Of a stretch of 64,000 nucleotides of DNA, positions 19,053 to 27,594 are shown piece by piece; position 1 is the first letter of the stretch; the number at the start of each line of letters is the position of its first letter. This DNA is from Micropepsaceae bacterium (lineage in GTDB: Bacteria; Pseudomonadota; Alphaproteobacteria; Micropepsales; Micropepsaceae): assembly GCA_965247505.1 (NCBI GenBank), contig OZ252020.1, positions 2,539,719-2,603,718 on the forward strand, written 5' to 3'. A program made the position numbers and the translations under genes. Under the pieces are notes generated by a model. The model was not told where the DNA came from. It was given only the letters and a program-made list of their open reading frames with translations, and searched no databases.

Positions 19053-20153
19053 TTATTCCCAGTGCGGTGTTCCACCCGCCTCGAGATAATCTTGGAACCG
19101 CCTGTCGCTCTCGTCGTAAAACGTGCCCCAGGGGCGCGGATCAGTGGCGTCCCAGTCGAGCTGCTCGCCCGGAACGCGATGGTTGAGAAAACCGTTCTCG
19201 TCCAAATAGACTGTTGGTGACGGGCCGTTGGTGTCGGTGCACGTCACATAGAGCGGCCGAAATTCGGGACGCGTCTCCGTCTCGAGCCTGAAATTGTGCT
19301 TGGCGTGGTAGGGACGCACAAAGACCTCCGGGTCGTAGAGCGTGACTTCGCCCTCGATAATATCGCCCACGCGCCGGTAGCGCTCCACCGTCTCCAGATT
19401 GTCGGTGTGTTCCGAGGGCCCACCGAACCATCCTTTCACCTGATTGGTGTGAATGATGAGGGCATCGCCGTCCCAGAAGCCTACCGATTCGCCGTGCCAT
19501 TTGGGATATTGCAACTCCTGCGAACTGTGTCCACTGCCGTCGGTGTATATCCAGCGGATGTAGTTCACGCCGACGCTTGAGGCCAAGGTCCAAACCTTTT
19601 CCGGCGTTACGATGAATTCATCGACATTCGTTAGCGCAGACATGAACCCGCCGGGCAGGCAAAAGGCGCCCGCCCACCAGGGACGCGCTTGGGCTTCGGC
19701 CCGCACGTCCTGAATGAAATATTCCTGATGTTGCGGCGTCAGTAATGCGACGGTCGAACTTACGGGGTTCTGTCCGCCACCGAACGCGCCCCGCTCGTGC
19801 GCCCAAACGCCGCTCCAATCTGGGATCGTATCCTTGGTATGTTGTGTGCCGCCGTCTGCCTCCTCGCGCCAAGCCTGGTAGTGCTCCCAGGCCGTGGCAA
19901 AAGAATAGGGGCTCGTATGTTCGCGCGAGCCAGGCACGCCCGTGCCCGTCGTGCCGTAGGATGCGGGATCTTCGCCCATCCCACGCATCTCGCTGTTGGT
20001 ATTGTGCCGATAATAGGCCGGATCGGTCCAGTGTTCGCGGTCTGCACGAAAATCCTCGGTCGTGAAGATGTCTTGCGCGGTTGCGCTATAGGCAAAACCC
20101 GCGAACAGCGTAACCAGCGAAACCGTCGCCGACAGAGAAGCCCGCATGATCAT
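19053..20153 (-). CDS. Secreted protein, long (about 370 aa) subtype of the paralog family
   Basis: The start at MIMRASLSATVSLVTLFAGFAYSATAQ (ATG 20153) follows a GGAGG RBS. The motifs KWHGESVGFWDGDALIIHTNQ and EHTDNLETVERYRRV are present. It is paralogous to 57341-58501 (EEHYNAWLEAADGGTEH versus WEHYQAWREEADGGTQH). Confidence 0.6.
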   Translation of the reverse strand: MIMRASLSATVSLVTLFAGFAYSATAQDIFTTEDFRADREHWTDPAYYRHNTNSEMRGMGEDPASYGTTGTGVPGSREHTSPYSFATAWEHYQAWREEADGGTQHTKDTIPDWSGVWAHERGAFGGGQNPVSSTVALLTPQHQEYFIQDVRAEAQARPWWAGAFCLPGGFMSALTNVDEFIVTPEKVWTLASSVGVNYIRWIYTDGSGHSSQELQYPKWHGESVGFWDGDALIIHTNQVKGWFGGPSEHTDNLETVERYRRVGDIIEGEVTLYDPEVFVRPYHAKHNFRLETETRPEFRPLYVTCTDTNGPSPTVYLDENGFLNHRVPGEQLDWDATDPRPWGTFYDESDRRFQDYLEAGGTPHWE

Positions 20154-20219
20154 TCCTCCTGTCTGAATCCGGACATATGGCTTTTGCCCCGGAGGGCACC
20201 TGTTATTCGTAGATGCCAA

Positions 20220-20588
20220 TTATTCGTGGATGTAAGTATTCCCATCGGCGCTGGTGATCGTCGTGAAGCTTCCGCCCGGGCGGCCGTCTCTTAAGGGGTG
20301 CATGTTCACACTAACTGCGTCACCATCCGCGAATGTGTTTAAGTTCATTCCCCCGCGGAGCATGGTCGGAATGTTCACCATCTCGATCCAATATTGCACG
20401 GTCTCGCCGTTTTCCTCTTCGACATCGACATAGAGGAAGGCGTGCGGATTGCTGAACACATATCCGGACACGGTCCCGTTGATGGTCACATCACTAGTGT
20501 TGTCGAACATCGCGTGGCTGTGGTGCGCTAATGCTGCCGGCGCGACCAGCAAAGGCCAGGTGAGTATTACGAAATAGATGCCTCTCAT
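20220..20588 (-). CDS. Small secreted protein whose predicted mature N-terminus is HHSHAMFD (unknown family). It lies immediately upstream of a paralog-family gene.
   Basis: Signal peptide MRGIYFVILTWPLLVAPAALA, then HHSHAMFDNTSDVTINGTVSGYVFSNPHAFLYVDV... Total length is 122 aa. It is paralogous to 25838-26219. Confidence 0.55.
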   Translation of the reverse strand: MRGIYFVILTWPLLVAPAALAHHSHAMFDNTSDVTINGTVSGYVFSNPHAFLYVDVEEENGETVQYWIEMVNIPTMLRGGMNLNTFADGDAVSVNMHPLRDGRPGGSFTTITSADGNTYIHE

Positions 20589-20712
20589 AGCTCGGTCCTC
20601 TGGGTGCTAATGCGATCTTTGGCGGTGGGGAGCAAGACTACTGCACTATGGGCACCTCATCCAGGGATTTTAGATGTCCGGGAACCGGAAACGGAGATCC
20701 TCAGAGCGATAT

Positions 20713-22437
20713 CTATCGCACTTGCACTTTCACGATTTGCGAGGGCGGACGATAGGAGGGGATCCAAAGCGTCGGCCGTTCGGTGCCGGGCTCCACCGTT
20801 AAATCGCGCATCACATAGGGGCGCGGCATAAAATATTCGACCGACTCGCCGGTTTCCATATCGATGCGGAAGAGGCGATTGGCGTTGAAGTCCGTCGTCC
20901 AAACCCATCCGTTTTCATCATCCACCGAAAGCGTATAGGGCGCGGCATAGGGCGGGTCATAGGCCTCGGTTCCGGGAAACATAGGATATTCTTTCATCTC
21001 ACCGTTGTCGGGATTGAAGCGCATAATCCGTCCCGCATAAAAAAGCGGCGTCCAGAAATTTCCCTCGGCGTCCATCTCGCCACGCCGCGGTCCCGATTCC
21101 GGCGTTGAAATTTCATAGAGTTTGTATTCGTCGTTCGTGGGATCGAAGACGCCGATTTGGCCGCCCCGCCATATATTGATGATGGTTCGGGCTTTCGAAT
21201 CCGTCTCCATGTCATAGACGCCGTCATTATAGGGGATGGGGTGTGTGATCACCTCGCCATTGTTCAGATTGAGCTCGAAGAGCGGGCCGCCTTCATTGGT
21301 GTGCCAAACATGATCATTGGAATCGAGCCCGAACATGCTGGCGCCCGACGGCCATTCGTCGAATATTTCGGTAACGGGATTGTAGCGCACCGTTGCCATG
21401 TCCATACCGATAATGAGATTGCCTTGGCTGTCGGCCAATAGATCGTGGGACCCGCCACCGGGATTGCCGGCGCGAATTTCACCCGGCGCCGCGTCCGTCA
21501 CCCGACCGCCGCCCGGCGGAATGGCATAGGCAAGTTCGACCACCTCGCCGGTGTTCTTGTCCAACCGTCCCAAAGCATTGGAAAAATGATCCGTGTACCA
21601 AGCATATTGCTCGTCGATGACAACATCATGCGGCCAAACATGGCGTGCGTCGCCGCGCAGCATGAAAAGCTCGCGCTCGCCGCCACGCGGCAGATCATAT
21701 TCGGTCAGGACAAGGCGCGTGGCCTCCTCGGAGGTCGGGCGCGGGCGCAATTCAAAGGGGATGACATCGGACGATCCCGGCCCGCGAATAGAGGTGATGT
21801 ATTCCGCGAGCGGCTCGATGAAGCGCATCTGGCTAAAATTCAAGGATTTAGGGAAGTTCTGTGACGTTCTTGCCCGCCCGCCCATGAGGTGAATAATTTC
21901 TGTCCAGCCCGCCTGATCATATTCGAAGCGCAATGCGCGCTGAATCGAGTGGCAGGTGCTGTATTGCGAAAACAACACTTTCTCACGGTCCGTCCCGGGA
22001 AGCGCCGCCACAATCTCCGATGCGGTCGCGTCTTCGATCGAGGGCTCGCGCGCGATCAGCGCGAAATCCGCATGCGCGGAAGACCCCTCGCTCAGCGCGA
22101 CGGCGTCTTGGTGAACATGCCCATAATCGGGAAGCTCTATGGAAAGCGTATGCGCGCCCGCGGACAAATCGGACCAAGCGGGGAAGGAATAGATTCCATC
22201 GCCATTGCTATAGACAACGACGCTGAAACTCTTGCCGTCTCCGCGAGCACGTATGGGAATGCCGGCGAGCGCGTTGCCGTCTTGCGATGTAATGCGGCCA
22301 TAAAGAAGCGCGTCTTGTTCGACGCCTGCGAATTCGTCACTCGGCGAGCAATTCGAAACAATTGCGAGAAGTGCAAAAGCAGCTATAGCCCGCAAGGCAC
22401 CGCGGCTCCTAAATATCGACAATGGCATGATTTCCAT
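20713..22437 (-). CDS. Secreted protein with an N-terminal carboxypeptidase-regulatory-like beta-sandwich and a C-terminal beta-propeller (Vgb-lyase/NHL-like)
   Basis: 574 aa with a signal peptide. The segment LYGRITSQDGNALAGIPIRARGDGKSFSVVVYSNGDGIYSF resembles the CarboxypepD_reg fold. The downstream repeated blades are Gly/Asp/Trp-rich. Confidence 0.5.
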   Translation of the reverse strand: MEIMPLSIFRSRGALRAIAAFALLAIVSNCSPSDEFAGVEQDALLYGRITSQDGNALAGIPIRARGDGKSFSVVVYSNGDGIYSFPAWSDLSAGAHTLSIELPDYGHVHQDAVALSEGSSAHADFALIAREPSIEDATASEIVAALPGTDREKVLFSQYSTCHSIQRALRFEYDQAGWTEIIHLMGGRARTSQNFPKSLNFSQMRFIEPLAEYITSIRGPGSSDVIPFELRPRPTSEEATRLVLTEYDLPRGGERELFMLRGDARHVWPHDVVIDEQYAWYTDHFSNALGRLDKNTGEVVELAYAIPPGGGRVTDAAPGEIRAGNPGGGSHDLLADSQGNLIIGMDMATVRYNPVTEIFDEWPSGASMFGLDSNDHVWHTNEGGPLFELNLNNGEVITHPIPYNDGVYDMETDSKARTIINIWRGGQIGVFDPTNDEYKLYEISTPESGPRRGEMDAEGNFWTPLFYAGRIMRFNPDNGEMKEYPMFPGTEAYDPPYAAPYTLSVDDENGWVWTTDFNANRLFRIDMETGESVEYFMPRPYVMRDLTVEPGTERPTLWIPSYRPPSQIVKVQVR

Positions 22438-22578
22438 AAAGCTAAACTTTCATGAGCGTTCCGGTACCGGGCCGTATTCTCGACATCCATAGTCCGAGCA
22501 CTGAATGCTACGCTTGGGGAGGGACCTGCTTCAAGCAGCGCTGCGGTGGCCCAATGTCCGCTCTTGGCTGCCGCCTCA

Positions 22579-22888
22579 ACCGGTCGACGCAACACCTTGG
22601 CGCAAACGGAGGAGTCTGAGTTTGTGCTTACGAGCCAAAGGCATAGTCCGTGGTTCACCTTGCACGAGAAGCCTGGGCCGTGGAATCACTGCCAGCCCAG
22701 CTCCAATGGGAACGTCAAACGCCTGCTCTGATAACGCTTTCTGAAGAGTGCTGTGTTTTCGATCTATTCGCTCTCGCATCCGAGAAAAGTGGCCGGACGG
22801 CTCAAGAACGGTCCTGAAAGACTTTGAGGTTCTAACCCCCGGCAGAGAGGCCTGCCGCTAGTGTTGCGTTGATGCATTGAGACCGCAG
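22579..22888. repeat. Roughly 320-bp inverted repeat, copy B (partner 16842-17160)
   Basis: Reverse-complement identity to copy A. Confidence 0.85.
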
Positions 22889-23056
22889 CACTCAGCGAAC
22901 ATCCCTAGTCATCTGGGTAACGTCTGCGTCCGGCAGGCAGTGCGGATATGGGGACTAAAATCCGGGGAATTTATTGGTTTTCGATGTGGGTTGCGCGCTC
23001 CGCCTATGCGCCCCTATAGCTCACTGTGTTACTGATAGGCTTAATTTGGAGCCGCC

Positions 23057-24154
23057 ATGAATCGATTTATTGCCCTCGCTATTGCTGTTTTTGGCGCTTG
23101 CGCTAGTGCTTCAATATTGAGCGCACAAACTGCCGATTACCAGCGCCTGCCAAGAGAGGTGCTCGATGTCATGCCGCCGACGGAGCGGGTAAGGGGTATC
23201 CCTGGGCAGATGACTATGCGTCCGCTTGCCTGTCAGAATATGCCAATCGCAGAATCGCGCAGGCGCATTGTGGACATAGCGGTCCAGGAGTGGGGTTTTT
23301 TCGGGTTTCCGATAACCGACCTGACGGATTTCGACGACGAATTGCCTTCTCAAAGAACCGCGGCGCTTTCCAATCAGGCAAACATCTACGGATTTTCTTT
23401 TAATCCATTGCGCAGGGGCGGGCGCTTCCCGGCACTTCCCCAAGAAGAGACTTCGCGTGTTGCAAGCTCGGTTGCAGGCTATTGGGCTGCCACGCCGCGC
23501 GGGGCCGCGATGATTGAACGGCAGAACCAAGAGTGGAACGGGCCTCGGGGTTTGGCAGGGCGATGGGCCGACCCCTGGTCTGCCGCATTCGTGTCCTGGG
23601 TGATGTGCGAAGGCGGTCTGGGGGATAGCGGCCAATTTCAGCGCGCAATTGCGCATTGGACCTATATTGATCAGGCGATTAACGCGCGCGACGGACGTGC
23701 ACCGCAAAGCGGTTTTGTTGCTTATGATTTGGGAGAGCAGCCCATCGAGCCGGGAGATCTTCTATGCAGTGGCCGTCGGCCCGCTTACCGCAACATTGCG
23801 CAGCGCCGTCGGCAGCTTGGAGTAGGCACGAGGACACATTGCGATATTGTCGTCAAGCTTGACGAGTCCCAAGAGCGGATATTTACGGTCGGCGGAAATG
23901 TGCGCCGCGCGGTAACTCTAAAGCTCTTCTCAGCCGAACGGGATGCAAGCGGAAAATTACGTCCCGCCGAACCTCCGGAGAATGGCGATATGCGTCCGCT
24001 TTTCGCGCACCTAAAGCTTCGCGCCGATCCCATTGGGCCGGGCGCGCTTGATAGCAGTCCAACCATCAGCGCCCTGGACTGCGAATTTAAGTTTGAAGAA
24101 CGCCATCCCGCGTATAATCTTATGCCCGTAAGCTTGGCCGAAGGTGAGTGCTAA
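23057..24154 (+). CDS. Hypothetical secreted protein
   Basis: Signal peptide MNRFIALAIAVFGACASASILSAQ. 365 aa with a conserved-looking HCDIVVKLD segment. No confident family assignment. Confidence 0.45.
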   Translation: MNRFIALAIAVFGACASASILSAQTADYQRLPREVLDVMPPTERVRGIPGQMTMRPLACQNMPIAESRRRIVDIAVQEWGFFGFPITDLTDFDDELPSQRTAALSNQANIYGFSFNPLRRGGRFPALPQEETSRVASSVAGYWAATPRGAAMIERQNQEWNGPRGLAGRWADPWSAAFVSWVMCEGGLGDSGQFQRAIAHWTYIDQAINARDGRAPQSGFVAYDLGEQPIEPGDLLCSGRRPAYRNIAQRRRQLGVGTRTHCDIVVKLDESQERIFTVGGNVRRAVTLKLFSAERDASGKLRPAEPPENGDMRPLFAHLKLRADPIGPGALDSSPTISALDCEFKFEERHPAYNLMPVSLAEGEC

Positions 24155-24208
24155 GCCTGCGTGCGCCAGGGTGAGCGAACATCTATAGATTTCGGAGTTT
24201 ACCGGGCC

Positions 24209-25060
24209 TCAGAAATCCAGCCTGGTTGCGGTCGGCATTGGATATTCGCCGCCCGTCAAGATATCGAGATTGCTCTCGGCACAATAAAATTCTTCGAACA
24301 TGGGCGCCCCCATTATCCGGTGCAGAATACGCGAGCCAGTCCAAACTTCCGTGAACGCCTCCGGATCGTCGACACTATATTGAACCTCAATTGTCTCACC
24401 ATCTTCTAGTAGAGCGTAGCGTTCGACGACATGCAGCTTTTCGCTGTGCGGCGTCTGAAAATCATCCACCACCGTTCTGTCGTTCATGCCGATGGTGTCC
24501 ACTACCAGTGTGTTGCCTTCGAAGTGACCGACCGATTCGCCGTACCAGCTGGGCGTAATGTTTTCGGAATGAGATACATCCAGATAGATGTATCGCATCT
24601 CCGGACCCTCCATATGATGGATTGTTACCTGGTTCTCTGTCTGCAGAAACTCGATGGGCTGACCGCCAAGCTCAACAATTGCGGGAACACCGTTGGGCCA
24701 GCAAAGTGATCGGGCCGGCAGAATGACTTCCCCCGCGATTCGTCTGTCGACTACGTCCTTCAATGCTTCCGCGGTCCTTGGCTGGAGAAGCGGATCCGTC
24801 ACATCCGCTATTGCCGGGACCGGCGCCTGCCGGACGCCGCCCACACCGCGGCTGCCCCTTTGCTCGTAATCCGGGTGCCGGCGAACACCAGACCGACCGG
24901 GAGGCTCGGCATCCTCGGCGCGCCAAATACCGGAGAAATCAGGGCCAAGAATCGTCGAAACATTGTTGGGTTGGGCTTGGGCCTCGGCGAAAACGACTGC
25001 GCCGATAGCGACGATAATCGCGGTACTTATTAGCGAGTAAAACCTTGTCACTTCCGGCAC
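24209..25060 (-). CDS. Secreted protein, member of the WYGESxGHYEGD paralog family
   Basis: Signal peptide, then LCWPNGVP, WYGESVGHFEGNTLVVDTIG and FQTPHSEKLHVVERY. Confidence 0.6.
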   Translation of the reverse strand: MPEVTRFYSLISTAIIVAIGAVVFAEAQAQPNNVSTILGPDFSGIWRAEDAEPPGRSGVRRHPDYEQRGSRGVGGVRQAPVPAIADVTDPLLQPRTAEALKDVVDRRIAGEVILPARSLCWPNGVPAIVELGGQPIEFLQTENQVTIHHMEGPEMRYIYLDVSHSENITPSWYGESVGHFEGNTLVVDTIGMNDRTVVDDFQTPHSEKLHVVERYALLEDGETIEVQYSVDDPEAFTEVWTGSRILHRIMGAPMFEEFYCAESNLDILTGGEYPMPTATRLDF

Positions 25061-25075
25061 TCCTTCCCGCGAGGC

Positions 25076-25810
25076 TCAATTCGGCGCGTTCACGCCTGGA
25101 ATATGTGAAATATCACGATGTTCGTCTCCGCAAACATATTCCTGAAGACGAATATCGGGATGCAGATCGTAGACAAAACGTGCGCTCCAGGCCTCAGTAA
25201 AGACTATGGGATCGTCTACCGTCACCATTATTTCAAGGCTATCGCTGCCCAGCTTGCGGACACGTTCCACCGTGCGCATCTCGGCGCTATGCGGCACACC
25301 TGTCGCGTCAATGAATGTCTTATCCTTGTAGCCGGCGGTTTCGATCACAAGGGTATCGCCTTCCCACTGGCCAACGGAGTAACCCGAATAGAATGGAATA
25401 TTTTCGAGGAGTTCCTCCGACGGCATGGGAATGTCGAGCATCACGCGCCGCATCACTCGGTTAAGTTCATAGGCCATACTGACCTGTCCGGGGGTCTGAA
25501 TGATCTGGAACGGGTAGGGATTGCCCAAAATACGCGGCACGCCGTCGGGCAGACAGAGTCTGCGCGCCTCGTCGCTCAACGGGTCTTCCTGAAGGGCAGA
25601 CATATTGCTCTCATATTGCGCCCGTCCAATCTCGGTGAACGGAAGCGCATTCTCACCGACCAGACGGATCGCCGGGCTATAGCTCTGTGTCCACCACACG
25701 CCTGAAATGCTCTGTGCTTCAGCCGGCTCGGCGCTGTCGGCAGATCCGGTCAGCAAGGACACGACCATCATGGCTGACGCCAATGATATTGTGAGCGTTT
25801 TTTCGGTCAT
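25076..25810 (-). CDS. Secreted protein, member of the WYGESxGHYEGD paralog family (divergent copy)
   Basis: Signal peptide MTEKTLTISLASAMMVVSLLTGSADSA, then LCLPDGVP, YSGYSVGQWEGDTLVIETAG and GVPHSAEMRTVERV. Confidence 0.6.
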   Translation of the reverse strand: MTEKTLTISLASAMMVVSLLTGSADSAEPAEAQSISGVWWTQSYSPAIRLVGENALPFTEIGRAQYESNMSALQEDPLSDEARRLCLPDGVPRILGNPYPFQIIQTPGQVSMAYELNRVMRRVMLDIPMPSEELLENIPFYSGYSVGQWEGDTLVIETAGYKDKTFIDATGVPHSAEMRTVERVRKLGSDSLEIMVTVDDPIVFTEAWSARFVYDLHPDIRLQEYVCGDEHRDISHIPGVNAPN

Positions 25811-25837
25811 GATAATTTCGTTTCGAAATACTATTTT

Positions 25838-26219
25838 CTAATCGTACTCTTCCGCCAACGCTCTTCCGTCCGGAAGCGTAATCGAGTCAAGCGTCCCGGC
25901 ATAATCGCCATCATGCGTTGGAAAAATGGATACCGAAATCTCATCGCCTGCGACAACGGTATCGCTTCTCCAACCCCTGCGAAACAGGCGGGACGGATTA
26001 CTCATTTCGATCACATATTCAACCGACTCACCATTTTCATTGGCAGCCATTACGCGCAGCCAGCTATGGGGGTTAGTCCACTCGAAACTCGATACGGTGC
26101 CCTCTACCGCTACCGTCCTGGTGAAGTCAAACATCGCATGCGAATGATGTCCAAATGCGGGCACCGCCAAGAATACAAATCCTATGCTAGCTAGGCTTAA
26201 GGTCTTCGTGTTCATCATT
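25838..26219 (-). CDS. Small secreted protein whose predicted mature N-terminus is HHSHAMFD. It is paralogous to 20220-20588 and lies immediately upstream of two family genes.
   Basis: The ATGATG at 26214-26219 follows a GGGAGG RBS. The signal peptide MMNTKTLSLASIGFVFLAVPAFG is followed by HHSHAMFDFTRTVAVEGTVSSFEWTNPHSW... Confidence 0.55.
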
Positions 26220-26445
26220 ATCCTCCCGGCAGAGCTAATAAAAACCCCACAAATGGAACCAACCTGTCTCATAATATACGCAGATTAGGGGTTCCACAAT
26301 CGCGGCTTAACAAGTGTGATTCCAGCCGGCCTATTGTCGGGAAACAAGGCTTCGCCATTGGCGATTTTGGCCGCCGGATAGCTGCTCGGGAAAACAGCCG
26401 GTCCTGCTTACCTAAGGCTATCCATCCGATCTTACCGATGGGAAA

Positions 26446-26522
26446 TGGTACAGTTGGGTGGGTTTGAACCGCCGACCTCCGGATCCACAATCCGGCGCTC
26501 TAACCAACTGAGCTACAACTGC
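26446..26522 (-). tRNA. tRNA-His (anticodon GTG), alphaproteobacterial type with no encoded G-1 and an A73 discriminator
   Basis: The reverse complement gives GCAGTTG-TA-GCTC-AGTTGGTTA-GAGC-G-CCGGA-TTGTGGA-TCCGG-AGGTC-GGCGG-TTCAAAC-CCACC-CAACTGT-A-CCA, a cloverleaf with a GTG anticodon. The T-stem has one C-A mismatch. The upstream nucleotide is T, not G. Confidence 0.8.
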
Positions 26523-26676
26523 ACAAGACTTCCAAACAAGCTTATCGCTAAACCGCGGTGAAACTATGTACGCGCCTGTGTAAAAGCAAGCCACCTGCGC
26601 GAAATCGCGCGCTCTTCGGCCCATTGCAGCATAGACTCACCGCCAATGCCGAGGGGGGCCTCGGAAGGTTTGGGGC

Positions 26677-27594
26677 ATGGCGGAAGATCTCGCAAAAATA
26701 GCAGCAAATTTGGAGCGAAGTGGCCAGCCGCTCTGGTTGTGGGAGCCAAAGCGGCGGCGAATCATATGGGCCAATGGCGCGGGCCGCGAATTCTGGGGCT
26801 CGCAGTCACTATTCGATCTCGCCGCTCGCTCTTTTGCCGCTCAAGGCCCGGAAGCCCGCACCATGGCGATGACCGGCTCCAATATCGAGACCAGTTTGAG
26901 CCTCCCCGGCGGGCGGGTCTCGGCCTTGCTCGATATCGCCGAGATCGAATTGCCCGAATTAGGTGAAGCCCGGCTGGTTCGCCTCTCGCGCATTCAGCCG
27001 GCGCCCGCCAAGCCTTCGGGCGCGCATGCGAGCGATCTTTTTCAAACCGCCCCGATCGGACTTTGTCTTATGGATCCGCAAGGGCGGCCGCTCGATGAAA
27101 ATCGTGCTTGGGGCAAGCTTACGGGCGGTCCGCGGCGCGCGCTTGGCGCTTTGGCCGGCGAAGAGGTGGCGGCTCGCTTTCTTCTTAGTTGCATCACAAA
27201 TGGCCGTGCGGAATTCAGTATCCAAATTGAATCCAGGCGGCTTCGCCTTTTTGGAAAACGGCTCAAGCAGGCCGACGGTTCGATGCCGCTCATCTATGTT
27301 CGCGGCGAAGACGTAACGGTGGGACACGCGCTGGGAATGCTGTTGACGCAATTGGCACAAAACGCGTCTGCTGGAGATGAGGATTCTGCAATGACTGATC
27401 CGGCGCAATTGCCGGCGTCCGGTCAAGTGTTGCCCCTTGCAAAAACAGCGGGTAACGGCGAAGCAAAATCCGATTTTGTCTCGCTGCTCAGCCATGAAAT
27501 GCGAAACCCCCTTTATGAGATTATTGGATTTTCCGAGATCATGCAGCAGGGGCATTTCGGCCCCTTAGGCAATGCGCGTTACGAGGCCTATTCG
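26677..27594 (+). pseudogene. PAS-domain sensor histidine kinase, 5' portion, interrupted by an IS256-family insertion
   Basis: It ends in the HisKA H-box SLLSHEMRNPLYEIIGFSEIM...NARYEAYSR. The reading frame continues seamlessly at 29045 once the IS and one TSD copy are removed. Confidence 0.7.

Noticed and set aside
26446-26522. Possibility that the tRNA-His is a pseudogene because of the T-stem C-A mismatch and the missing G-1
   Set aside because: The cloverleaf, anticodon loop, D-loop and T-loop consensus are otherwise canonical. Absence of G-1 with A73 is the documented alphaproteobacterial variant rather than a defect.
12262-26522. Calling the 12-26 kb region an integrase-driven genomic island at tRNA-His
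   Set aside because: No integrase gene and no tRNA-derived direct repeat could be found by eye. The region is accessory and rearranged, but an island mechanism is not demonstrated.
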